Shown piece after piece: positions 49,705 through 60,553 of a stretch of DNA of 64,000 nt. Where the stretch lies: the NCBI RefSeq assembly GCF_055900595.2, contig NZ_CM148325.1, one strand, 5' to 3'. The notes beneath the pieces were generated by a model. The model saw only the letters and a program-made list of their open reading frames with translations, was not told where the DNA came from and made no database searches. The stretch's first letter is position 1. Each line of letters begins with the position of its first letter. The translations under genes and the position numbers were made by a program.

Positions 49705-49912
49705 GCTTATTGGCGGACGCTGCAATTAATTCAGGAAGGTCCGCAAGGTCATCTGTCAGTGGATATGATGAAAAATCGGCGGCAGTTCTGTTAAGAAGCG
49801 CTTTAACTAATTCCTTTTCCTTCTCCGGCAACAAGTTGATTAGAGCTACGACTGCTTGCCTGAGTGCGATTAAATCAGCAAAAGTTTGTTTAGGTAGATT
49901 TGTGTAATCCAT
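49652..49912 (-). CDS. Hypothetical protein, convergent and 3'-overlapping the preceding gene
   Basis: 86-aa ORF MDYTNLPKQTFADLIALRQAVVALINLLPEKEKELVKALLNRTAADFSSYPL...; RBS GAGG 7 nt upstream; 53-nt 3' overlap with the plus-strand ORF. Confidence 0.35.
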   Translation of the reverse strand: MDYTNLPKQTFADLIALRQAVVALINLLPEKEKELVKALLNRTAADFSSYPLTDDLADLPELIAASANKLTEEIYPPQKSSQNSCE

Positions 49913-50025
49913 AGTCGCCTCTGTGTTTATCAGATTGACATCCTCCTCCCGCCAGTGCCCATCACTGGTGAGGTAAGATTTAACATATCCGGGGATTTGA
50001 AGCCGATAAATCCTGATAAATATCC

Positions 50026-51053
<1,028 letters not shown>

Positions 51054-51416
51054 ATTAATATTAAATCGGATTATTTTTAGCGCTGAATGTGAAATTTAAA
51101 TAAAAAGGACTCTTCCATGAGTCAAAATCCTTGAAATCTTAAGGGTAAGATAAAAGGTCATTAGACAGAATGACACGTTTTATTAATAAATAAAGCTATT
51201 GTTTCATTCGTGTGTTTTTCTTTACAAAAGTAATCCTTGCTATGGTTGGTTAATCATGCGTTAATGGTGTTCTGGTTTGTTACAAAATTATCTGAAGCAG
51301 TCATTGTTATAATTTTATTATTTGTACCTCTTGAGATTTCCTTGTTGGTTTTTCTCTCTGATATTTTTTTTCGGACCATTCTGCCCAAGGGCTAACTTCT
51401 TCAAAAGGTAATAATG

Positions 51417-51629
51417 ATGTCTAACAAAATGACTGGTTTAGTGAAATGGTTTAACCCTGAAAAAGGTTTTGGTTTCATCACGCCGAAAGATGGTAGCAAA
51501 GATGTGTTTGTCCATTTCTCAGCTATTCAGAGCAACGATTTCAAAACGTTAACTGAGAATCAGGAAGTCGAATTTGGTATTGAGAACGGACCTAAAGGCC
51601 CCGCGGCTGTTCATGTTGTGGCACTTTGA
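51417..51629 (+). CDS. cspI: Cold-shock protein (CspA family; CspI-like)
   Basis: 70-aa [73 protein letters not shown]; preceded by ~360-bp untranslated AT-rich leader. Confidence 0.85.
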   Translation: MSNKMTGLVKWFNPEKGFGFITPKDGSKDVFVHFSAIQSNDFKTLTENQEVEFGIENGPKGPAAVHVVAL

Positions 51630-51828
51630 GGTAGATAATATTACAAACCATATTCACTTTAGATGCCCGTGTTGCCATGGTTCTCAGTATAGAACATCAT
51701 CTTTTGATGTTTCTGACAGGAATCCTTTCGGGGCAAAATGTATCTTTTGTAAATCAATGATGATTACATTTGATAATATTTCACAATACTTAAATGTTAG
51801 CCGTCTATCGTTAGATTTAAGAAAGTGA
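51613..51828 (+). CDS. Candidate small zinc-ribbon-like protein (CPCC...CxxC)
   Basis: [51 protein letters not shown]...; overlaps csp 3' end; weak RBS; followed by terminator. Confidence 0.25.
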   Translation: MLWHFEVDNITNHIHFRCPCCHGSQYRTSSFDVSDRNPFGAKCIFCKSMMITFDNISQYLNVSRLSLDLRK

Positions 51829-51833
51829 AAATG

Positions 51834-51858
51834 AAGGCTCCTTCGGGAGCTTTTTTTC
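51834..51858 (+). terminator. Rho-independent terminator
   Basis: GCTCC-ttcg-GGAGC stem followed by TTTTTTT. Confidence 0.65.
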
Positions 51859-51900
51859 TTAGTGTCTAGTCGATGGATACTCACATAATACGGTAACATT

Positions 51901-52131
51901 ATGAAAAAAATAATAGTTTTTTTTAACTCTGAACCAGCAATGGTAGTGCCAGTGATGACCGGAGTTAACACCATCATGCGTGAATATCCAAATGGCGAAA
52001 CAACACACCTCACTGTAATGGCTGCAGGGTTTCCATCTCTGACCGGAGATCATAAAATCATTTATGTAGCAGCGGATCGACATGTAACTTCAGAAGAAAT
52101 TCTGGAAGCAGCAATGAGACTCTTGAATTGA
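51901..52131 (+). CDS. Small prophage protein (YdfK/YnaE-like, tentative)
   Basis: 76-aa ORF MKKIIVFFNSEPAMVVPVMTGVNTIMREYPNGETTHLTVMAAGFPSLTGDHKIIYVAADRHVTSEEILEAAMRLLN; family assignment from memory. Confidence 0.45.
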   Translation: MKKIIVFFNSEPAMVVPVMTGVNTIMREYPNGETTHLTVMAAGFPSLTGDHKIIYVAADRHVTSEEILEAAMRLLN

Positions 52132-52303
52132 TTTGATTCTAATGCATTGATAATAAATGATAATCATCTTTATCTGTTTGTGTGAAATTTAGACCGTCGT
52201 ATGTTGATTATTGCGATGTTTCATCTTATCTTTTATACGTTTGCTCCATATAATTGACACTACTGTGTACCAGGAAAGTCATAACAGACTAAAAGAGGAA
52301 ATG

Positions 52304-52477
52304 ATGAACATTGAAGAGTTAAAAACAAAAACAGAAGCAGATATTTCTGAATATATAACAAAAAAAATCATTGAGCTTAAGAAAAAGACCGGGAAAGAAG
52401 TTACCAGTATCCAGTTTACTGCACGGGAAAAAATGACTGGTCTTGAAAGCTATGATATCAAGATTGATTTAATCTAG
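52304..52477 (+). CDS. gnsB: GnsA/GnsB-family protein
   Basis: 57-aa ORF MNIEELKTKTEADISEYITKKIIELKKKTGKEVTSIQFTAREKMTGLESYDIKIDLI; RBS AGAGGA. Confidence 0.8.
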   Translation: MNIEELKTKTEADISEYITKKIIELKKKTGKEVTSIQFTAREKMTGLESYDIKIDLI

Positions 52478-52770
52478 TCTGTTTAGTATTAGCATCAATT
52501 TCTCATCAGATGCTATTCAACAATACAAATTACCCATAAACCTCGTTTTTACGGGGTTTTGTTATATTTAAACATTACCGAATAGGTATAAATCTCGATT
52601 GTCGATGGTATTGGTTGTGTGACAATACCTAGTCTTTCCGGTATGCCTGATGAGAATACAAACGACAGATTATGTAAGGGAAACGCGCTGAATCTTTAAC
52701 TCTTTCATGCTGAGTGATTTGACGTTATATTTTTAGCCGTAAGTGAAGAGCAAACGCATGGAGCGACAAA

Positions 52771-52977
52771 ATGCATAAAGATCAATACACTGATGCCCCC
52801 TCCCAGGAGCAGGTTCGTGTAAAAACTATGCTTAATAGCACCATTTCGATGGGTTACCCGGATGTTGTAATTGCATGTATAGAACATCAAGTGTCTCTGG
52901 AAGCATTCAGGGCAATTGAGGCCGCGTTAGTAAAGCACGATAAGAATACGAAGGATTATTCCCTGGTGGTTGACTGA
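52771..52977 (+). CDS. Hypothetical small protein
   Basis: 68-aa [71 protein letters not shown]; no motif recognised. Confidence 0.3.
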   Translation: MHKDQYTDAPSQEQVRVKTMLNSTISMGYPDVVIACIEHQVSLEAFRAIEAALVKHDKNTKDYSLVVD

Positions 52978-53539
52978 TCACCATAACTGCTAACCATTCT
53001 GACCATTTCACAAGTGACAGAGTCAATATCGTATTCTGTCACTGTCAGGCTAATACAGCAATGCAATTCAACTACAGCAATGCCTCGTATTTAGGTGAAT
53101 TTACAATATCGTCCAGTTCGGATGCCGGCTGCATTTCTGAAGATAAGGCATTTCGGTTCTCGTATTTTCCCCTCATGCTCGTCAGTCCTGCGCGTAGTAA
53201 GAAACAGGACACTCACACTAATTTGTGTGGGCATGCTGTGATGTCCTTCTGAATTATCCCCATGCCATTATGTAAAGCTCTGTTACAGATGCTCGTCACG
53301 GTTGTCAGGCTGTCGGGTCCTCCCAGTGGGGGGCCCTGCCACGGGGCGGGAGCGTCGCGGAAAAAGGCTAGTTTTTGCATTTCCATGGCGGCGGCAGCAT
53401 GTTTGGTAATTTATTGATAATTAAAAGTTATTTCCCTTTTCACCTGTACAATATTTTTTTCTTCCTGTCATTAGACCAGTTTGCAATTAATTGAAATATA
53501 TAAATAAACCTGATTTTCACCTGCCAGATGGAGTTGCTT

Positions 53540-54067
53540 ATGTCAAATGTGAGCGGGATCGGTGATGCTTATTACTGGAGTGTTTTTAAAATCGCCGAGG
53601 CCTTTGGGCTTCACCGGGACACAGTAAAAAAACGGCTCCTCGCGGCCAACACTCCTGTGGCTGCGACTGTCAGGGGGAACCCCGTTTACGCCCTGCAGCA
53701 TGTCGGGCCCGCCCTGTTTAGTGTGAAGCATGAGGCAGCAGACTCTGTTCATGATCCATCCCGTATGGAGCCGAAAGAGAGAAAGGACTGGTACCAGTCT
53801 GAAAATGAAAGGATCAAGCTGGAAAAGGAGCAGCGAAAACTCATCCCAGTTGATGAAGTAGTCATCGTCTATTCGTCCATGAGAAAGGCTGTCGTCCAGG
53901 TTCTGGAGACAATTCCGGATGTTCTTGAACGCGATTGCGCTCTGACTCCTCAGGCCGTCGGCGTTGTACAGCAGGCCATTGATGACCTGCGATACACTCT
54001 TCAGGAAAAATCCTACGAGGCTTGTGCTGCTGAATTAATTCCTGATGAGGAAGGAGAGAGTCTCTAG
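53540..54067 (+). CDS. Terminase small subunit (putative)
   Basis: ORF MSNVSGIGDAYYWSVFKIAEAFGLHRDTVKKRLLAANTPVAATVRGNPVYALQHV... with N-terminal HTH-like segment; directly upstream of large terminase; RBS GGAG. Confidence 0.65.
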   Translation: MSNVSGIGDAYYWSVFKIAEAFGLHRDTVKKRLLAANTPVAATVRGNPVYALQHVGPALFSVKHEAADSVHDPSRMEPKERKDWYQSENERIKLEKEQRKLIPVDEVVIVYSSMRKAVVQVLETIPDVLERDCALTPQAVGVVQQAIDDLRYTLQEKSYEACAAELIPDEEGESL

Positions 54068-54075
54068 GAGGAATA

Positions 54076-56175
54076 ATGGGTTTTTCATCAGCCCGAAATT
54101 TGGGAAGGGACATATCGGCAGGATTTTCCCCACCACGTCGCATGCCGATTTCGGAGGCTGTTAAAAAATTCATGCGTGTTCCCAAGGGGGCTGGTAACTC
54201 GGTGCCATGGGATCCTGAACTGACACCCTACATCATTGAGCCCATGAACTGCCTGGCATCGCGTGAATACGATGCGGTGATTTTTGTTGGTCCTGCGCGA
54301 ACAGGGAAGACCATTGGTCTGATCGATGGATGGATTGTCTATACCATCGTTTGCGATCCTTCGGACATGCTCGTTGTGCAGATGACCGAAGATAAGGCCC
54401 GCGAGCATTCTAAAAAGCGCCTCGACAGAACGTTCAGAAGCAGTGCGGCGGTAAAGAAAAGAATGAGTCCACGTCGTAACGACAATAATGTCCATGATAA
54501 GACGTTCAGGGATGGCTCGTTCCTTAAAATTGGTTGGCCCTCGGTCAACATTATGTCGTCGTCGGATTACCGGTTTGTCGCCTTAACCGATTACGACCGT
54601 TTTCCGGAGAATATCGACAGCGAGGGTGATGGTTTCTCCCTGGCCTCAAAACGTACCACCACATTTATGTCCGCCGGGATGACTCTGGTGGAGAGCTCGC
54701 CGGGACGTGACATCTGCGACAGCAAATGGCGACGTAAGTCGCCTCATGAAGCGCCACCGACGACTGGTATTCTTTCCCTTTACAATCGTGGTGACCGCCG
54801 CCGCTGGTACTGGCCATGTCCGCACTGCGGTGAATATTTTCAGCCAGCTATGGATGCCATGACCGGCTACCGTAATGAACCGGATCCCTTTAAAGCCAGT
54901 GAGGCGGCGTATCTACTTTGCCCGCACTGCAGCGGCATTATCACTGCGGAGAAAAAGCGTGAGCTCAATAGTGCAGGAGTCTGGTTGCGTGAAGGTCAGG
55001 TCATTGATCGTAACGGCAACGTTTCCGGTGAACCGCGCCGCTCCCGTATCGCCAGTTTCTGGATGGAAGGGCCAGCTGCTGCGTATCAGACCTGGGCGCA
55101 ACTGGTTTACAAATTACTGACTGCAGAACAGGAGTATGAAGCGACAGGAAGCGAAGAAACACTCAGGGCGGTTATCAACACCGACTGGGGATTGCCTTAT
55201 CTTCCTCGTGCCAGCATGGAGCAACGAAAAAGTGAACTGCTTGAGCAGCGGGCAGAGCCAGTTCCTTCCTGCAGTGTGCCGGATGGCGTTAATTTCCTTG
55301 TGGCGACAGTGGATGTGCAGGCGGGACGTCATCGCCGTTTTGTGGTTCAGGTAACTGGCTATGGCAGTCGTGGCGAACGCTGGATTATTGATCGTTACAA
55401 TATCACGCAGTCATTGCGCAGTGACTGCGACGGGGAGAGCCAGCGAATTGATCCGGCCAGCTATCCGGAAGACTGGGATGTCCTGCTGACGGATGTTTTT
55501 CATAAAAGCTGGCCGCTGGCCTCCGATCCTTCTCAACAAATGCGACTGATGGCAATGGCGGTGGACTCCGGCGGTGAAGACGGGGTCACTGATAATGCCT
55601 ATAAATTCTGGCGTCGTTGCCGTCGTGATGGCCTTGGTAAACGTATTTACCTGTTTAAGGGCGACAGCATCCGGCGCGCAAAACTGATCACCCGTACATT
55701 CCCTGATAACACCGGACGAACGGGCCGACGGGCGCAGGCCGCAGGTGATGTGCCGCTCTGGCTTCTTCAGACGGATGCACTGAAAGACCGGGTGAATAAC
55801 GCGTTATGGCGTGACTCGCCAGGTCCCGGCTATGTGCATTTCCCTGACTGGCTGGGGAGCTGGTTTTACGACGAACTGACGTATGAAGAGCGGAGCAGTG
55901 ACGGGAAATGGAGTAAGCCGGGTCGCGGTGCCAACGAAGCTTTTGACCTGATGGTGTATGCCGAGGCTCTGGTCATTCTGCATGGATACGAAAAGATCCG
56001 CTGGCCGGATGCACCGGAGTGGGCGAGCCGGGAAACCTGGCTGGAGTGTGTCCCGGACAGTACCGAACCGTCACCCTCACCGGAACCGGTATCCACGCCT
56101 GTTAAAAAACAAAAACGGAAGAAAACAGTAACTGACGATGTTAACCCCTGGCTGACTTCCGGAGGATGGTTATGA
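54076..56175 (+). CDS. Terminase large subunit (lambda gpA-like)
   Basis: 699-aa ORF with Walker A (VGPARTGKT) and C-terminal nuclease region; RBS AGGAGG. Confidence 0.9.
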   Translation: MGFSSARNLGRDISAGFSPPRRMPISEAVKKFMRVPKGAGNSVPWDPELTPYIIEPMNCLASREYDAVIFVGPARTGKTIGLIDGWIVYTIVCDPSDMLVVQMTEDKAREHSKKRLDRTFRSSAAVKKRMSPRRNDNNVHDKTFRDGSFLKIGWPSVNIMSSSDYRFVALTDYDRFPENIDSEGDGFSLASKRTTTFMSAGMTLVESSPGRDICDSKWRRKSPHEAPPTTGILSLYNRGDRRRWYWPCPHCGEYFQPAMDAMTGYRNEPDPFKASEAAYLLCPHCSGIITAEKKRELNSAGVWLREGQVIDRNGNVSGEPRRSRIASFWMEGPAAAYQTWAQLVYKLLTAEQEYEATGSEETLRAVINTDWGLPYLPRASMEQRKSELLEQRAEPVPSCSVPDGVNFLVATVDVQAGRHRRFVVQVTGYGSRGERWIIDRYNITQSLRSDCDGESQRIDPASYPEDWDVLLTDVFHKSWPLASDPSQQMRLMAMAVDSGGEDGVTDNAYKFWRRCRRDGLGKRIYLFKGDSIRRAKLITRTFPDNTGRTGRRAQAAGDVPLWLLQTDALKDRVNNALWRDSPGPGYVHFPDWLGSWFYDELTYEERSSDGKWSKPGRGANEAFDLMVYAEALVILHGYEKIRWPDAPEWASRETWLECVPDSTEPSPSPEPVSTPVKKQKRKKTVTDDVNPWLTSGGWL

Positions 56176-56384
56176 ACCAGAATGATATCGAAGCCATGAT
56201 TCAGCGTTATACGGAAGCTGAAATGGCGGTGCTGGACGGAAAATCCGTCACCTTTAATGGTCAGCAGATGACCATGGAAAACTTATCTGAGATCCGGCAG
56301 GGACGGCAGGAGTGGGAGCGCCGCCTTGCGGCTCTGATTACACGACGACGGGGGCATCCCGGGTACCGGCTGGCGAGGTTCTGA
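56172..56384 (+). CDS. Head-tail joining protein (lambda gpW-like)
   Basis: 70-aa ORF MNQNDIEAMIQRYTEAEMAVLDGKSVTFNGQQMTMENLSEIRQGRQEWERRLAALITRRRG...; start overlaps terminase stop (ATGA). Confidence 0.6.
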   Translation: MNQNDIEAMIQRYTEAEMAVLDGKSVTFNGQQMTMENLSEIRQGRQEWERRLAALITRRRGHPGYRLARF

Positions 56385-57892
56385 TGGCAATTCTTGATGA
56401 TGTGATTGGCGTTTTTTCACCAGGATGGAAAGCGGCAAGGCTGCGTTCCCGGGCGGTGATCCAGGCTTATGAGGCCGTAAAAACGACGCGGACACACAAA
56501 GCCCGGCGGGAAAACCGAACTGCCGACCAGTTAAGCCTCTACGGGGCCGTGTCGTTACGTGAGCAGGCCCGTTACCTTGATAACAACCACGATCTGGTCA
56601 TTGGTGTATTTGACAAGCTGGAAGAACGGGTGGTGGGGAAAAACGGGATTATTGTCGAGCCACATCCGGTATTACGCAATGGGGCCATTGCCCGTGATCT
56701 GGCAGCGGAGATACGCACCCGATGGAGTGAATGGTCTGTCAGTCCGGAAGTTACCGGGCAGTTTACCCGTCCGATGCTGGAACGTCTGATGCTGCGTACC
56801 TGGCTGCGCGATGGTGAGGTGTTTGCCCAGATGGTTTCCGGGCGCATAAACAGCCTGACGCCTTCTGCCGGTGTTCATTTCTGGCTGGAGGCACTCGAGC
56901 CAGACTTTATTCCCATGACCAGTGATGAGAGCAACAGGCTGAATCAGGGCGTGTTTGTTGATGACTGGGGGCGTCCCGAAAAATATCTGGTGTATAAAAG
57001 TCGTCCTGTATCCGGACGGCAGATGGAAACCAAAGAAGTGGATGCAGAGCGAATGCTGCATCTTAAATTTGTTCGCCGTCTGCACCAGATGCGCGGGACG
57101 TCTTTATTGTCCGGTGTGCTGATCCGCCTCAGTGCCCTGAAAGAATATGAAGATTCTGAGCTGACTGCAGCAAGGATCGCTGCTGCTCTGGGGATGTACA
57201 TCCGCAAAGGCGACGGACAGAGCTATGAAACGGATGGTAATGACAGCAAGGAGAATGAACGCGAGCTTACCATTCAGCCAGGCATTATTTACGACGATCT
57301 GAAACCCGGCGAAGAAATCGGAATGGTGAAGTCGGATCGCCCCAATCCTAACCTTGAAACTTTTCGTAATGGTCAGTTGCGTGCCGTGGCGGCGGGCAGT
57401 CGTCTGAGTTTTTCCAGTACAGCGCGCAACTATAACGGCACTTACAGCGCCCAGCGTCAGGAGCTGGTTGAATCCACTGATGGCTACCTGATCCTGCAGG
57501 ACTGGTTTATTGGTGCCGTCACCCGCCCGATGTATCGTGCCTGGCTGAAACAGGCTGTGGCATCCGGTGTTATCAGGCTACCCCGCGATCTTGACCGTTC
57601 TTCACTGTATACCGCGGTGTATTCCGGACCGGTGATGCCGTGGATTGACCCTGTTAAGGAGGCTGAGGCCTGGAAAATTCAGATTCGTGGTGGAGCGGCG
57701 ACAGAATCAGACTGGGTACGTGCAGGTGGTCGTAATCCGGATGATGTCAAACGTCGGCGCAAGGCAGAAATTGATGAAAACCGCAAGCTGGATCTGGTAT
57801 TTGATACCGATCCGGCCAGTGATAAAGGAGGCAGCAGTGCCGCAACGAAACGACAGGAGCCGCAGCACACCGACGACCAGTCCGAAGAATAA
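56384..57892 (+). CDS. Portal protein (lambda gpB-like)
   Basis: 502-aa ORF MAILDDVIGVFSPGWKAARLRSRAVIQAYEAVKT...; start overlaps gpW-like stop. Confidence 0.85.
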   Translation: MAILDDVIGVFSPGWKAARLRSRAVIQAYEAVKTTRTHKARRENRTADQLSLYGAVSLREQARYLDNNHDLVIGVFDKLEERVVGKNGIIVEPHPVLRNGAIARDLAAEIRTRWSEWSVSPEVTGQFTRPMLERLMLRTWLRDGEVFAQMVSGRINSLTPSAGVHFWLEALEPDFIPMTSDESNRLNQGVFVDDWGRPEKYLVYKSRPVSGRQMETKEVDAERMLHLKFVRRLHQMRGTSLLSGVLIRLSALKEYEDSELTAARIAAALGMYIRKGDGQSYETDGNDSKENERELTIQPGIIYDDLKPGEEIGMVKSDRPNPNLETFRNGQLRAVAAGSRLSFSSTARNYNGTYSAQRQELVESTDGYLILQDWFIGAVTRPMYRAWLKQAVASGVIRLPRDLDRSSLYTAVYSGPVMPWIDPVKEAEAWKIQIRGGAATESDWVRAGGRNPDDVKRRRKAEIDENRKLDLVFDTDPASDKGGSSAATKRQEPQHTDDQSEE

Positions 57893-57905
57893 TTCCTGGT
57901 TCAGG

Positions 57906-59864
57906 ATGCAGGCTGGTCACCAGAGTGACGCGGATATTTATATTTATGACGAGATTGGTTTCTGGGGTGTTACAGCGAAGCAGTTTATCAGTGATCTGAA
58001 TGCACTGGGCGATATCACCCACATTAATCTCCATATCAATTCACCGGGTGGCGATGTCTTTGAAGGCATCGCCATTTTTAATGCGCTGAAAACACATGGT
58101 GCGTCCATTACCGTTTATGTCGACGGTGTGGCGGCGTCAATGGCGTCGGTCATTGCGATGGTGGGAAACCCGGTCATTATGCCGGAAAACACCTTCATGA
58201 TGATTCATAAACCATTTGGCTTTACGGGCGGTGATGCGGAGGACATGCGCACCTATGCCGACCTGCTCGATAAGGTTGAGGCGGTTCTGTTACCCGCTTA
58301 TGCACAGAAAACCGGGAAAACCACCGATGAAATTGCTGCCATGCTGGCGGATGAGACCTGGATGTCCGGTGCCGAATGTCTGGCACATGGATTTGCTGAT
58401 CAGGTGACGCCAGCCGTTAAGGCAATGGCATGTATTCAGTCAAAACGTACAGAGGAATTTAAAAAGATGCCGGAATCCATTCGAAACATGATTACTCCGC
58501 CACGCAACAGTGCTCCACGCGTACAGGATGATGAACCTGCAGCCTCCCGGACGCCAGTGCAGGCAGCAGCACCCGTGGTGGATGAAAACAGTATCCGTGC
58601 GCAGGTACTGGCAGAGCAAAAAGCGCGTGTAAACGGTATTAATGATCTGTTTGCCATGTTTGGCGGGCGTTATCAGACGCTGCAGGCTCAGTGTCTTGCC
58701 GATCCTGAGTGTTCGCTGGAGCAGGCCCGCGAAAAGCTGTTGAACGAGATGGGGCGCGAGTCCACGCCATCCAATAAAAATACACCGGCTCATATTTATG
58801 CTGGTAACGGTAATTTTGTGGGGGACGGGATCCGCCAGGCGCTGATGGCGCGTGCCGGATTTGAAAAAACCGAACGTGATAATGTCTACAACGGGATGAC
58901 CCTGCGTGAATATGCCCGTATGTCACTGACTGAACGGGGTATTGGGGTTTCCGGTTATAACCCGATGCAGATGGTCGGTGCGGCGTTCACCCACAGTACG
59001 TCTGACTTCGGTAATATTCTGCTGGATGTTGCGAACAAAGCCATTCTGCAGGGCTGGGAAGATGCTCCTGAAACCTATGAACAATGGACGCGGAAAGGTC
59101 AGTTGTCTGATTTTAAAATTGCCCATCGTGTGGGTATGGGGGGCTTCAGTGCTCTGCGTCAGGTGCGTGAAGGGGCGGAATATAAATACGTCACCACCGG
59201 AGATAAACAGGCCACTATTGCACTGGCGACCTATGGCGAGCTGTTCAGTATCACCCGTCAGGCCATTATCAATGATGATCTGAATATGCTGACCGATGTC
59301 CCGATGAAACTGGGCCGTGCGGCGAAATCCACTATTGCCGATCTGGTTTATGCCATTCTGACGTCTAACCCGAAAATCTCCACAGATAATGTAAGTCTGT
59401 TCGATAAAGCGAAACATGCAAACGTACTGGAGAGCGCTGCAATGGACGTGGCATCGCTGGATAAAGCCCGCCAGTTGATGCGCGTTCAGAAAGAGGGGGA
59501 GCGTCATCTGAATATTCGTCCTGCGTTCGTACTGGTACCGACGGCGATGGAGTCTGTTGCTAACCAGGTCATTCGCTCCTCAAGTGTCAAGGGGGCTGAC
59601 ATTAACGCCGGTATTATTAACCCGGTGAAAGATTTTGCGACCGTTATTGCAGAGCCTCGTCTTGATGATAACAGCCAGACCACCTTCTACCTGGCTGCGT
59701 CAAAAGGCTCCGATACGATTGAAGTGGCTTATCTCAACGGTGTGGATACGCCATATATTGATCAGATGGAGGGCTTCAGTGTGGATGGCGTGACAACGAA
59801 AGTGCGTATTGACGCCGGTGTCGCGCCAGTTGATCACCGCGGTCTGGTGAAATGTACGGCGTAA
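57906..59864 (+). CDS. Fused prohead protease (ClpP/S49-like) - scaffold - major capsid protein
   Basis: 652-aa ORF; N-terminal ClpP-like segment (...IYIYDEIGFWG...INSPGGDVFEGIAIFNALKTH...MMIHKPF...) and C-terminal capsid-like domain. Confidence 0.8.
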   Translation: MQAGHQSDADIYIYDEIGFWGVTAKQFISDLNALGDITHINLHINSPGGDVFEGIAIFNALKTHGASITVYVDGVAASMASVIAMVGNPVIMPENTFMMIHKPFGFTGGDAEDMRTYADLLDKVEAVLLPAYAQKTGKTTDEIAAMLADETWMSGAECLAHGFADQVTPAVKAMACIQSKRTEEFKKMPESIRNMITPPRNSAPRVQDDEPAASRTPVQAAAPVVDENSIRAQVLAEQKARVNGINDLFAMFGGRYQTLQAQCLADPECSLEQAREKLLNEMGRESTPSNKNTPAHIYAGNGNFVGDGIRQALMARAGFEKTERDNVYNGMTLREYARMSLTERGIGVSGYNPMQMVGAAFTHSTSDFGNILLDVANKAILQGWEDAPETYEQWTRKGQLSDFKIAHRVGMGGFSALRQVREGAEYKYVTTGDKQATIALATYGELFSITRQAIINDDLNMLTDVPMKLGRAAKSTIADLVYAILTSNPKISTDNVSLFDKAKHANVLESAAMDVASLDKARQLMRVQKEGERHLNIRPAFVLVPTAMESVANQVIRSSSVKGADINAGIINPVKDFATVIAEPRLDDNSQTTFYLAASKGSDTIEVAYLNGVDTPYIDQMEGFSVDGVTTKVRIDAGVAPVDHRGLVKCTA

Positions 59865-59885
59865 ACGTCGCAGACAACAACTCTG

Positions 59886-59908
59886 ATGGCCCGTAAGGGC
59901 TTTTTTTG
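59886..59908 (+). terminator. Hairpin plus T-run after capsid gene (partial terminator candidate)
   Basis: GGCCC-gtaa-GGGC followed by TTTTTTT. Confidence 0.5.
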
Positions 59909-59950
59909 TACCTGAAATCAGCCCCTGAACGGGGCTGTGCGGAGACAGTT

Positions 59951-60274
59951 ATGGCAAAGAATTTTGTAGAAGAAGGAAAAACGGTGGCGATTGTTGCCAG
60001 TGCAGCCATCAGCAGCGGAGAGCTGGTGCAGGTGGGTGATGTTTTTGCGGTGGCGCTGACCGATATTCCACAGGGTGAAACAGGCGACGGCATGACCGAA
60101 GGTGTGTTTATGCTGCCTAAGCTGAAAACGGATGACATGAAAACGGGTAAGAAGGTTTATCTGAAGTCCGGAAAAGTTCAGCTGACTAACAGCGGCTCTG
60201 ATCCGCTGGTCGGGGTTGTCTGGGCAGATGCCGGAACCAGTGCAGAAGAAGTGCCGGTAAAACTCAATGTCTGA
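59951..60274 (+). CDS. Small head protein (head completion/decoration candidate)
   Basis: 108-aa ORF MAKNFVEEGKTVAIVASAAISSGELVQVGDVFAVALTDIPQGETGDGMTEG...; RBS GGAGA; position after capsid gene. Confidence 0.5.
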   Translation: MAKNFVEEGKTVAIVASAAISSGELVQVGDVFAVALTDIPQGETGDGMTEGVFMLPKLKTDDMKTGKKVYLKSGKVQLTNSGSDPLVGVVWADAGTSAEEVPVKLNV

Positions 60275-60542
60275 TCCCTTTTCCCGGCTGGCAGCGCGTA
60301 TGGATGCGATCACGGTCAGAAAGATGGGAAAGACAGCCTCGATTAATGATGTCGATATGACTGTGATCCCGGGAGAAACACTGGCAGAGCTGAATGCTCT
60401 GTCCGGACCTGCGGTCTCTCTGGTGGTGTTTTCTTCGGGATACCGCCCACGGCGCGGGGATCGCGTTGTTTATGACGGACAACAATGGACGGTCACACGG
60501 CATGAACGCTTTAACGGTAAGCCAATGATCTTTATTGAGTAA
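60267..60542 (+). CDS. Head-tail connector protein (lambda gpFII-like)
   Basis: 91-aa ORF MSDPFSRLAARMDAITVRKMGKTASINDVDMTVIPGETLAELN...RRGDRVVYDGQQWTV... Confidence 0.55.
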   Translation: MSDPFSRLAARMDAITVRKMGKTASINDVDMTVIPGETLAELNALSGPAVSLVVFSSGYRPRRGDRVVYDGQQWTVTRHERFNGKPMIFIE

Positions 60543-60553
60543 AGAGGTGTGGG

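Noticed and set aside
53061-53252. 63-aa ORF MQFNYSNASYLGEFTISSSSDAG...
   Set aside because: No RBS, Ser-rich low-complexity sequence, located in the likely cos/intergenic region.
58923-59507. 194-aa minus-strand ORF
   Set aside because: Antisense within the capsid fusion gene, which has strong domain support.
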